Below are positions 16,417 to 25,104 of a stretch of 34,781 nt of DNA, piece after piece. This DNA comes from an uncultured Clostridium sp. (GTDB taxonomy: Bacteria; Bacillota; Clostridia; TANB77; CAG-508): contig CAMMEP010000002.1 in assembly GCA_946495905.1 (NCBI GenBank), positions 1 to 34,781 of the forward strand, given 5' to 3'. The first letter of the stretch is position 1. The number at the start of each line of letters is the position of its first letter. The notes under the pieces were generated by a model, which saw nothing but the letters and a program-made list of their open reading frames with translations, did not search any database and was not told the DNA's origin. Both the position numbers and the translations under genes were made by a program.

Positions 16417-17754
16417 ATGACAAATAAAATAGAAAAAATAATGAATAAAACAATGTATGGAATACTTTTCTTGATACCCTTACTTATCTTACCACAAGAA
16501 GTAAAAGTCATACCCTATAATATATTAAAATATGTTACTTTACTAATTTGTGGACTTATATTATTAATATTGTTAATTTTAAAACGTAAAGAGTTAAAAT
16601 TTGATTTAATTGATAAAACCTTAATTGCTTTTTATATACTTATAGTTATTAGCACAATTTTTTCAATTGATATTAAAAAATCTATCCTAGGAGAAAGAAA
16701 TAGATTCGAAGGTTTATTAACTTTTACAGTATATTTCTTAACTTATTATTGTGCTAAGTATTATTTTAAATATCATAAAAAATTAATAATATATGCTATT
16801 ATTGTTATTTGCATTACATCAATTATTGGGATTTTGCAATATTACAATATATTTCCACTTTATTATCTTTTTGATGCTTTTCATATTCCTTATTTTCCAG
16901 GATTTGCTTCTTCTACCTTTGGTAATACTAACTTTTTTGGAAGCTTTCTTTCCATGGCTGTTTCTTTTATGATGGCATTATATATTATTAAAGGCAAAAA
17001 GCTTTATTTAATAGTTAGTTATTTATCTTTTTATATGATAATTCTTACCATGACTAGGAGCTCTTGGATTGGAGTTGCTTTTGCTTCCATCTTTGGCCTT
17101 ATTTATGTTATAAAAAATAGAAATAAGGAAATTATAAAAAGAACACTTCATATTATTATTGGTTTTGTTATTATTTTTATTACCATTTTAAATACGCCAG
17201 ATTCTATAACAAATAACCTACCTAATTATTCCAAAATGATGTCTTTAGATAATCGATTAGAAGTAATAAATAATGAATTAAAAGCAACAATAAAAACTGG
17301 TAATGTTGAAGAAGATTTTGGTAGTGGTAGAATTGGAATTTGGAAAATGGTACTAACAGTAACTGCTATGCATCCATTACTTGGAACAGGGCCAGATACT
17401 TTAGCAAAATCCTTATTATATAATTTGCCGGATGTTACTATAAACTTTATTGAAACAACAAATACCTATATTGACAAAGCGCATAATGAATATTTGCAGA
17501 TTGCTGCTACTATTGGTATTCCAGCTCTGATAGTTTATTTAGCGTTTTTGGCACAAATATTATCTAAACAGAAAAATATGTTTCAAGATAATAGTACTTT
17601 TATTTTAGTAATACCAATTATTTCTTATCTTGTTCAGGCCTTCTTTAATATTAGTACAATAGGCGTTGCACCAATCTTTTGGATGCTTTTAGGAATGGTT
17701 CAAAATTCAAAGTTTAAAAATGAATTGTTGCAGCAGAAATTATTAGAAAATTAG
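16417..17754 (+). CDS. O-antigen ligase/polymerase family (Wzy_C) polytopic membrane protein
   Basis: About 10-12 TM segments; TRSSWIG, GSGRIGIWK and AHNEYLQIAATIGIPAL motifs. Confidence 0.8.
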   Translation: MTNKIEKIMNKTMYGILFLIPLLILPQEVKVIPYNILKYVTLLICGLILLILLILKRKELKFDLIDKTLIAFYILIVISTIFSIDIKKSILGERNRFEGLLTFTVYFLTYYCAKYYFKYHKKLIIYAIIVICITSIIGILQYYNIFPLYYLFDAFHIPYFPGFASSTFGNTNFFGSFLSMAVSFMMALYIIKGKKLYLIVSYLSFYMIILTMTRSSWIGVAFASIFGLIYVIKNRNKEIIKRTLHIIIGFVIIFITILNTPDSITNNLPNYSKMMSLDNRLEVINNELKATIKTGNVEEDFGSGRIGIWKMVLTVTAMHPLLGTGPDTLAKSLLYNLPDVTINFIETTNTYIDKAHNEYLQIAATIGIPALIVYLAFLAQILSKQKNMFQDNSTFILVIPIISYLVQAFFNISTIGVAPIFWMLLGMVQNSKFKNELLQQKLLEN

Positions 17755-17844
17755 TATAAATTATAGTTTTTATCTATAATAAAACATAAATTTATTAAGC
17801 AAAGATTGTAGCCTAAGTATCACATAACTTGGTTATTTATGGAT

Positions 17845-17882
17845 AAAAGTCCCTTTCTTTATTTTGTAGAAAGGGACTTTTT
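17845..17882. terminator. bidirectional terminator between convergent genes
   Basis: AAAAGTCCCTTTCT / AGAAAGGGACTTTT stem flanked by A/T runs. Confidence 0.65.
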
Positions 17883-17886
17883 AAAT

Positions 17887-18468
17887 TCATAATAGAATTG
17901 GTTCTATTTGTTCTCTATCTAGAGCTTTTTCGATAGTAGGTATTAAATATTTAAAATCAGCAACAAGTGAACGTGGCTTAGTAATAGGATTATCTTGTTT
18001 AAATGGTACAAAAAAATAATTGTTTCTATTGAGTAATTTACCTATATTTTCTGCACTTCCGGATAATCCGTCATTTGTAGATATAGCAAGTACCACAGGG
18101 TTATTATTTCTTAAATGGGATTTTGCTGCCATAAGAGCTGGAGAATCGGTTATGCCATTAGCAAGCTTTGCAATTGTATTACCAGAGCAAGGAGCAATAA
18201 CCATGATATCTGTTAATTTTTTAGGTCCAATTGGTTCTGCACCTTGAATAGTATGAATAATTTCTTCTTTTTCTGTAATTTCTTTTATTTCTTTGATAAA
18301 TTCCTCTGCTTTTCCAAATTTCGTATCTAAATGATAGGAATTAAATGACATAATTGGAACAATATCTGCTTTTTCTTTTTTTATTTCTTTTAATTCTTCT
18401 ATTACTTTTTTAAAGGTACAAAAAGATCCTGTGAGGGCAAATCCAATTTTCTTTCCTTCTAATTTCAA
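17887..18468 (-). CDS. dpaB: dipicolinate synthase subunit B (flavoprotein family)
   Basis: GFALTGSFCTF, IAPCSGNTIAKLANGITDSPALMAAK, AISTNDGLS and FVPFKQDNP are DpaB/SpoVFB signatures. Likely TTG start at 18468, downstream of AAAGGAAG. Confidence 0.8.
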   Translation of the reverse strand: MKLEGKKIGFALTGSFCTFKKVIEELKEIKKEKADIVPIMSFNSYHLDTKFGKAEEFIKEIKEITEKEEIIHTIQGAEPIGPKKLTDIMVIAPCSGNTIAKLANGITDSPALMAAKSHLRNNNPVVLAISTNDGLSGSAENIGKLLNRNNYFFVPFKQDNPITKPRSLVADFKYLIPTIEKALDREQIEPILL

Positions 18469-18602
18469 AAAACAACACTTCCTTTCTAAAAACATATTTA
18501 TATATAATATGCTATTATGTAAAGTGAAGTGTTGTTTTGTTCGAATTTAGGAGAACTCAATATTGTAAATATTTTTAAAGTCTATACGGTGGATGTTCTA
18601 TT

Positions 18603-20444
18603 CTATGAAATATATCCTTCTATAATATTTTTTACTATTGGCAAAAGATAATGGCTTCCTCCCCTATCTTCTACATTTTCTATCATATTAATGGTAAGTA
18701 ATTGTTCGTTTTCATCATCACTAATTACGATAGCATTAAACCATCCAAGTTCTTCTCCTTCTTCATCTTTAGATGCTTTTAATTCTGCTGTTCCAGTTTT
18801 TCCAGCTATTGTTACCCCATTAATTTGTGCCTCATGACCTGTACCATTACTATTCTCAACTACTTGTATTAAATCCTCTCTAATTTCTTCGGCAGATTCT
18901 TTGGTAAATGCATTTTCTATCATGTATTCTGTTTCGTCTCCATATTCAATGTATGGTTTAATCGCATTGCCATCATTTACAAATGCGGAGTAAATGGAAG
19001 CTACATGTAATGGGTTAACAAGAATTTGACCTTGCCCATATCCTGAATCTGCTAGTTGTACTTCAGAGGAAAATTTATTATCTTCTCCAAATTGAGAACT
19101 AGACATAGAAATTGGAAAATCTAATGTTTTATCAAATCCTATCTTTAATAATTGTTCTGCAAAAGTATCTGTACCAATTTTTAAAGCTGCTTTTGCAAAA
19201 TAAATATTGTCTGAATAAATTAGAGCATTTCTTAAATTTGCTGCACCACTATAGGTTGTAAGTGTTGTTACTTTATAATCTCCCCAGCTAGAATTATTTT
19301 GCCAACTTGTTCCACTTCTTCCAAAATCCTCGTCTGCTGTAAAGCTTTCTGTTGTTAATCCAATAGTACCTGTAATAGGTTTAAAGGAAGAACCTGGAGC
19401 CCATGTACTTTCATATCTGGCAAACATAGGGGTGTTTTCATCTGAACTTAATGTATTCCATTCTTCCTCTGTAAATCCAGTGATAAAATTATTAGAATCA
19501 AAACTTGGAGTACTTACCATTGCTAATACTTCTCCTGTTTTTGGATTCATTGCTACAGAAAAACCATTGTCTCCATCAAATTCATGATAGATATTTTCCT
19601 GTAATTCTATATCTATTGTGGTTCTAATATCTTCTCCGTCTTCTATATCAGTTTCTGCAATAGTATCCAATACATTTTCATTTGCATCTACAATATAAAT
19701 TCCTGTTCCATTTTTTCCCCTTAATCTGTCTTCAAATGCTAGTTCTAATCCTGTTTTTCCTATAATGCTACTTTCGGTATATCCTTCTCCTTTATGTGCT
19801 TCTAGTTCTTCACTACTTATACCTCTTACATAACCTACTAAATGAGCAGCTATTTCTCCATAAGGATACTCTCTTTCTCCATTGAAGTTAGTTGTTGCAA
19901 GAACTTTTCCATTTCGATCTAGGATATCTCCCCTACTTCCTGTTGTAGAATAAACTCTTACTTTATAGCTTTCTTCTAAATCTGGAAAAATTAGATTAGA
20001 ATACCAATTGATATAATATTTATTATCCTCTTGTCTATCAAATGTCATTGTAAATGGATAGGATAATTTACCTGCTAACGTATCAAAAGACATGGTATAA
20101 CTTGCAGTATATGTTTTATTCTTTTTATCTATATTTACAACAATAGTACTAATATCTATATTAGCTACTTCAATACCTTCATAAATGTTTTTATTTCTAG
20201 CTAAATAAGTTTCTTTATCTACTCTGGCCTTTGTTGACTCCGAAAGTAGGTTATACATACCTTCATAATCTTTGTTTGATAAGCAAGCAATATAAGCATT
20301 TAATACTTCATCTGGTGTATTTTGGTCTCTAGTTGCTAGAATATACCATGTAATACCACCTGCAATTAATAGTATTACAATTACGATAACACTAACTATA
20401 ATTCCTACTTTTTTTGAACTTTTTTTATTATTTTCTTCTTCCAT
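18603..20444 (-). CDS. class B penicillin-binding protein with N-terminal NTF2-like (MecA_N-type) domain
   Basis: N-terminal TM; SxxK (GSSFKP), SxN (YSDN) and KTGT (GKTGTAE) motifs. Confidence 0.9.
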   Translation of the reverse strand: MEEENNKKSSKKVGIIVSVIVIVILLIAGGITWYILATRDQNTPDEVLNAYIACLSNKDYEGMYNLLSESTKARVDKETYLARNKNIYEGIEVANIDISTIVVNIDKKNKTYTASYTMSFDTLAGKLSYPFTMTFDRQEDNKYYINWYSNLIFPDLEESYKVRVYSTTGSRGDILDRNGKVLATTNFNGEREYPYGEIAAHLVGYVRGISSEELEAHKGEGYTESSIIGKTGLELAFEDRLRGKNGTGIYIVDANENVLDTIAETDIEDGEDIRTTIDIELQENIYHEFDGDNGFSVAMNPKTGEVLAMVSTPSFDSNNFITGFTEEEWNTLSSDENTPMFARYESTWAPGSSFKPITGTIGLTTESFTADEDFGRSGTSWQNNSSWGDYKVTTLTTYSGAANLRNALIYSDNIYFAKAALKIGTDTFAEQLLKIGFDKTLDFPISMSSSQFGEDNKFSSEVQLADSGYGQGQILVNPLHVASIYSAFVNDGNAIKPYIEYGDETEYMIENAFTKESAEEIREDLIQVVENSNGTGHEAQINGVTIAGKTGTAELKASKDEEGEELGWFNAIVISDDENEQLLTINMIENVEDRGGSHYLLPIVKNIIEGYIS

Positions 20445-20513
20445 TTAAATCCCCCCTTTGCAATTAGGCATTAAATATAAAATATATTTAATGCTTAATG
20501 TAATGTTTCCTAT

Positions 20514-21704
20514 TTATTTCACTAAATCTCTTGTCTCTCTTGCTATCATTAATTCTTCGTTTGTAGGAACGACATATACTTTTACTTTAGAATCTGGTGT
20601 TGAAATTTCTACTTCTTCTCCTCTGCAATTATTCTTTTCTTCATCTATTTTTACACCTAAAAATCCAAGGTAATCACAAATTTCTTTTCTAACATCAATT
20701 CCATTTTCGCCAATTCCAGCTTCAAAAGTAATAACATCTACGCCATTCATTTGAGCAGCATATCTTCCAACAAATCCTGCTACTTGATATACAAAATTAT
20801 CTATAGCAAGCTGTGCTCTTTTATTTCCTTCTTTTGCTGCTGCTTCGATGTCTCTATCATCAATGCTTACACCAGATAAACCTAATTTTCCAGATTTTTT
20901 ATTAAGTAGTGTTTCCATATCTGCTGGTGAAATATTTTCTTTTTCCATTAAGAAAGTTACTACGGATGGATCTAAATCTCCTGATCTTGATCCCATTGGA
21001 ACACCTGCAAGTGGTGTTAGTCCCATAGAAGTATCTACTGATTTACCATTCATTATTGCACACAAACTTGCTCCTTGTCCTAAATGGCAAGAAATAATTT
21101 TTAAATCTTCTATTGGTTTATTCATTATTTCTGCAACTCTTTGTGATACAAATTTATGGGATGTTCCATGTGCACCATATTTACGAATTTTATATTTTTC
21201 ATAATATTCATAAGGGATTGCATACATATATGCTTTTTCTGGCATTGTTTGATGGAAAGCAGTATCAAATACAACTACATTTGGTTTTCCTGGTAATTCT
21301 TTTTGACATGCATAAATTCCTTGTAAGTGTGCAGGATTGTGTAAAGGAGCAAATTTGATTGCTTCTTCAATTCCTTTTATTACTTCGTCATCTACTAATA
21401 CTGATTTAGTGAATTTATCTCCACCATGCACAATTCTGTGTCCTATGGCATCTATCTCATCTAAGCTTGAAATAACACCATAATCTTTATGCAATAATTG
21501 TTCAATAACCAATTCCATTCCTTCCGCATGGTTTTTAATATCTTTTTCTATTTTATATTTTTGTTCTCCTACGCGATGAGTTAGAAAAGAACCATCAATT
21601 CCTATTCTTTCTAAATATCCTTTTGCCATAACTTCTTCTGTTTCCATATCAATTAATTGATATTTTAACGATGAACTTCCACAGTTTACTACTAAAATTT
21701 TCAT
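20514..21704 (-). CDS. ackA: acetate kinase
   Basis: MKILVVNCGSSSLKYQL, HRIVHGG, GAHGTSH. Confidence 0.95.
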   Translation of the reverse strand: MKILVVNCGSSSLKYQLIDMETEEVMAKGYLERIGIDGSFLTHRVGEQKYKIEKDIKNHAEGMELVIEQLLHKDYGVISSLDEIDAIGHRIVHGGDKFTKSVLVDDEVIKGIEEAIKFAPLHNPAHLQGIYACQKELPGKPNVVVFDTAFHQTMPEKAYMYAIPYEYYEKYKIRKYGAHGTSHKFVSQRVAEIMNKPIEDLKIISCHLGQGASLCAIMNGKSVDTSMGLTPLAGVPMGSRSGDLDPSVVTFLMEKENISPADMETLLNKKSGKLGLSGVSIDDRDIEAAAKEGNKRAQLAIDNFVYQVAGFVGRYAAQMNGVDVITFEAGIGENGIDVRKEICDYLGFLGVKIDEEKNNCRGEEVEISTPDSKVKVYVVPTNEELMIARETRDLVK

Positions 21705-21843
21705 TGTAAAATCCTTCCTTTCTTTAGGCTTAATCTATGTTTTTTGAAAGTAGTATCCTTTCAAATTAAACCTCTATTATTATTTCTGTCCAACATGGCA
21801 ATTAATTAAATATAAGCAAGCCAGATGGAACATATAATACAAA

Positions 21844-22839
21844 TTAGCTATTAGCTTGTACTGCTGTTATTGCGACAACACCTACGATGTCGTCACTATG
21901 ACATCCTCTTGATAAATCATTTACTGGCTTTGCAATACCTTGGCAAAGTGGTCCATATGCTTCGGCTTTTGCTAATCTTTGTACCAATTTATATCCAATA
22001 TTTCCAGCATCTAAATTAGGAAATATTAATGTATTTGCTTCTCCTTTTAGTGGGCTTCCTGGAGCTTTACTTGCGTTTATCTCTGGAATAATTGCTGCAT
22101 CTAATTGTACTTCTCCATCACATATTAGGTTTGGCATTTTTTCCTTTAACAATTTAGTACCTTCTACTACTTTTTCAGTTAACTCGGAATGAGCACTACC
22201 ATAAGTAGAATAAGAAAGCATTGCTACTTTTGCTTCTTTACCAGTTAGTTGTTCAAAGCTCTTGCTTGAAGATATTGCTATTTCTGATAATTCTTCTGGA
22301 TTAGGATTTTCTACTAGTCCACTATCTCCAAATACAAAAATACCATTTTCACCATAATTACAATCTGGAACTACCATTAAGAAAAAGGCTGAAACAAGTT
22401 TGGTACCTGGAGCAGTTTTTAATATTTGTAATGCTGGTCTTAAAGTATTTGCAGTTGAGTGGCAAGCACCAGACACTAATCCATCGGCATCTCCCATCTT
22501 TACCATCATTGTTCCAAAATACATATTATCTTTTAACATTTCTCTGGCTTTTTCGATTGTCATTCCTTTAGCTTTTCTTAGCTCATAGAATGCATTTACA
22601 TATTCTTCATATTTTTCTGAAGTTTCTGGATCAATTATTGGTATTCCTGCAATGTTAATATTATTTTCTTTCGCTAATTTATTAGCTTCTTCTTCCTTTC
22701 CAATAAGAATAATATTAGCAAACTCTTCCTCTTTTACCTTTTGGGCTGCTTGTAATACTCTTTTATCTTCACTTTCTGTTAATATTATTGTTTTTATATT
22801 TTTTCTTGCTTTTTCCTTTATTTTATTTATAAATGACAT
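21844..22839 (-). CDS. pta: phosphate acetyltransferase
   Basis: 331 aa PTA_PTB type; GDADGLVSGA, DAGNIGYKL and PVNDLSRG motifs; immediately upstream of ackA. Confidence 0.95.
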   Translation of the reverse strand: MSFINKIKEKARKNIKTIILTESEDKRVLQAAQKVKEEEFANIILIGKEEEANKLAKENNINIAGIPIIDPETSEKYEEYVNAFYELRKAKGMTIEKAREMLKDNMYFGTMMVKMGDADGLVSGACHSTANTLRPALQILKTAPGTKLVSAFFLMVVPDCNYGENGIFVFGDSGLVENPNPEELSEIAISSSKSFEQLTGKEAKVAMLSYSTYGSAHSELTEKVVEGTKLLKEKMPNLICDGEVQLDAAIIPEINASKAPGSPLKGEANTLIFPNLDAGNIGYKLVQRLAKAEAYGPLCQGIAKPVNDLSRGCHSDDIVGVVAITAVQANS

Positions 22840-22942
22840 TAAAAAGTACCTCCCTTAAATTACAATTAACACCTATATTATATATGTAATTTAAGAAAAG
22901 TACAAGTATTTTTTGAATATTATTACTATTCATAGCTCTTTT

Positions 22943-23091
22943 GCAAATAATGTATGTTTTAAATTTTTATTTCCGGCCCCCAACTGCGTACAAACTGTAT
23001 AAAATTCACATTTGTTCATTTTAACAGTTTGTAAACTTGTCGGTCCCCACCTTAAGCACTCCAATAAAAATTTAAAACATACATTATTTGC
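22943..23091. repeat. long palindromic intergenic element, family copy 2 (perfect 29-bp arms, same C-rich core)
   Basis: Arms are 22943-22971 and 23063-23091. The core is near-identical to copy 1; the loop and arms differ. Confidence 0.7.
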
Positions 23092-23117
23092 TTTTATGCT
23101 AGACTGTAAATTGTAAT

Positions 23118-23510
23118 TTAATAATACCTATAATTACTCATATTCTGCATATTGGAATTGTTTGAAAAATTATTATTTGTACTCATATTATTCGTATTAT
23201 TAAAATCAAACAACATATTGTATGGCAAGTTTGATATTGTTATAAATTTAATTGAATACAAGTCTGCATATGTTATAACATCACTTTCTAATGCTCTTAA
23301 AAGTATATAGCTTGCTCCTACATCTATTAAAATTCCAGTTCTATCTACTAAATTATTTGTTCCTATTAAAAATTCGACTCTCATTAATTTTCCTATGTTT
23401 TCTCTCAAAAAAGCTGGTGTATAAATATTGTTAGTAAGCATCTCTGGTGTATTAGAATTAATAACCACATTTCTGTTATCCTGTTGTTTTGTTTCTTTGT
23501 TTTCTTCCAT
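23118..23510 (-). CDS. gerQ: spore coat protein GerQ-like (YwdL family)
   Basis: IGKLMRVEFLIGTNNLVDRTGILIDVGASYILLR...ADLYSIKFI resembles GerQ. It lies directly downstream of cwlJ, as in Bacillus. N-rich tail. Confidence 0.55.
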   Translation of the reverse strand: MEENKETKQQDNRNVVINSNTPEMLTNNIYTPAFLRENIGKLMRVEFLIGTNNLVDRTGILIDVGASYILLRALESDVITYADLYSIKFITISNLPYNMLFDFNNTNNMSTNNNFSNNSNMQNMSNYRYY

Positions 23511-23544
23511 TTTAATCACATTCCTTTCTTATGATATACATTTG

Positions 23545-23666
23545 GTTGAAAAAGAATTAAATTTTGACTAGGAAAACGAGTTTAAAATTTATGAGGCGTA
23601 CTCTGTGTACGTTGATTAAATTTTAAACGAAGTTTGACAACGTCAAAATTGTAATTATTTTTCAAC
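23545..23666. repeat. ~120-bp nested palindrome between cwlJ and gerQ
   Basis: GTTGAAAAAGAATTAAATTTTGAC (23545-23568) pairs with GTCAAAATTGTAATTATTTTTCAAC (23642-23666). Inner GTTTAAAATTTA/TAAATTTTAAAC and CGTAC/GTACG stems. Confidence 0.5.
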
Positions 23667-23721
23667 AGCACCTCCATTCGAGCAAATTTTAGCTCTAATA
23701 AAATTTTATTTGCAAATTATC

Positions 23722-24169
23722 TTAAGTATCTGCATAACTACTAGTTGGTCTGTAAAAGCAATGATCTCCAATTCTTGTATGAAATGTACCAGAACCATTT
23801 GTAGGAAACATACTTCCGACAGGTAGGTCTGAAAGGATTTAAGTACCATAAACATTCACCTATGTCATTAAGCTTATTACCAGCTAAAGCCCAGTCAGCT
23901 ATTTCGTAATGTACATCTGTTGGGTTCATGTTATAAATGTTTTGTGGATTATACTGCCCATTTATTGTTTCTCTCACACAATCAAATTGACCAGGTTGAA
24001 AGATGACATTGCGAATATTTCCTCCTTGTGATACTCTAGCATATTCTCCTTCCACTGCATGAACTCTATTCATGATTACTGTTGCAACTGCCTTCATTCC
24101 ATTATCCCCTTCCCCACCTGCTTCACATTGTACTAATCTTGCGATTAATTCTCTATCAGAATAAGCCAT
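23722..24169 (-). pseudogene. cwlJ: CwlJ/SleB-family spore cortex-lytic hydrolase split by one extra C (in-frame CGG 23818-23816); pseudogene or +1 recoded
   Basis: Frame 0 reads ...CLWYLNPFRPTC CGG..., then non-homologous KYVSYKWFWY. The +1 frame gives G-SMFPTNGSGTFHTRIGDHCFYRPTSSYADT-stop (TAA 23724-23722), the conserved C-terminus. Confidence 0.8.
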
Positions 24170-24296
24170 GAAACCACCTCATATTAATATATGTAATATT
24201 CTCAAAATGGTTAAAATTTTTTTAATAATACTAAGCCTGTCCCCTTTTAGCACTTTTATTTTGCCTCTCTCATATTATGTAAAGAGGTGTATACTT

Positions 24297-24950
24297 ATGT
24301 TATTAAATGCTTTTCTATTAGCATTGTCTGCAAGCATAGATTCTCTAGGAGTTGGTATTACTTATGGCTTGAAACGAACCAAAATATATTTCCCAGCTTA
24401 TCTAGTTTTATTTATACTTAGTATTGTTATTACTAGCTTATCCATCTCTTTAGGAAATATGATAACTTCATTTATTTCTCCTAAGATAACGAGGTTAATT
24501 GGCTCTGTGATATTGCTTGGAATTGGTATTTTTATCCTTTATGAAGCTACCTTAAAAAAAGAAAAAGTACCCAAAAGTACTTTTCCTATAAAGAAAGAAT
24601 ATAATATATTTATAAAATTCTTAGGAATAACCATCAATATTATTAAAGACCCAATAAACTCTGATATGGATAGTTCCAATAAAATAGATATGAAAGAAGC
24701 AATATTCTTAGGCATTGCATTATCTCTAGATTCTTTAAGTATTGGTTTTGGAGCAAGTGCTATTGGAATAAATACTTGTCTTTTTCCATTGTTAATAAGT
24801 ATTTTTCAGATTATATTTTTGAGTGTTGGAAGATTTATTGGTAGCAATATTAGTAATATATCTAAATTACCTAAAAATATTTGGAACATTATTTCTGGAA
24901 TATTACTAATTGGAATTGGGATTTGCAAGCTTTTTTTCTCTAACTACTAG
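24297..24950 (+). CDS. ytaF: sporulation membrane protein YtaF / MntP-family
   Basis: Two DSLxxG repeats (SIDSLGVGITYG, LSLDSLSIGFG). SD AAGAGGTG before ATG 24297. The track's upstream extension overlaps the cwlJ start. Confidence 0.75.
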   Translation: MLLNAFLLALSASIDSLGVGITYGLKRTKIYFPAYLVLFILSIVITSLSISLGNMITSFISPKITRLIGSVILLGIGIFILYEATLKKEKVPKSTFPIKKEYNIFIKFLGITINIIKDPINSDMDSSNKIDMKEAIFLGIALSLDSLSIGFGASAIGINTCLFPLLISIFQIIFLSVGRFIGSNISNISKLPKNIWNIISGILLIGIGICKLFFSNY

Positions 24951-24989
24951 ATTTTTATTTTGCAATACGGTATAATATATCCATCTTAT

Positions 24990-25075
24990 GCGAGTATGCT
25001 GGAACTGGCAGACAGGCACGTTTGAGGGGCGTGTGCTTTAAAAGCGTATGGGTTCAAGTCCCATTACTCGCACCA
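24990..25075 (+). tRNA. tRNA-Leu (anticodon GAG), type II with long variable arm, encoded CCA
   Basis: Acceptor GCGAGTA/TACTCGC, anticodon loop TTGAGGG, variable stem GCTT/AAGC, T-arm ATGGG-TTCAAGT-CCCAT, 3' ACCA. Confidence 0.9.
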
Positions 25076-25104
25076 AAATATAGCAAACAAAATTGGAGAA
25101 AAAA

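Noticed and set aside
20458-22858. Plus-strand track ORFs over ackA and pta (20458..20673, 20848..21204, 21113..21358, 22400..22588, 22652..22858)
   Set aside because: They are antisense shadows of well-supported genes.
24170-24296. yybP-ykoY manganese riboswitch upstream of the MntP-family gene
   Set aside because: No GGGGAGTAG / GAGAGAC-type conserved cores are present, and the region is too short and unstructured.
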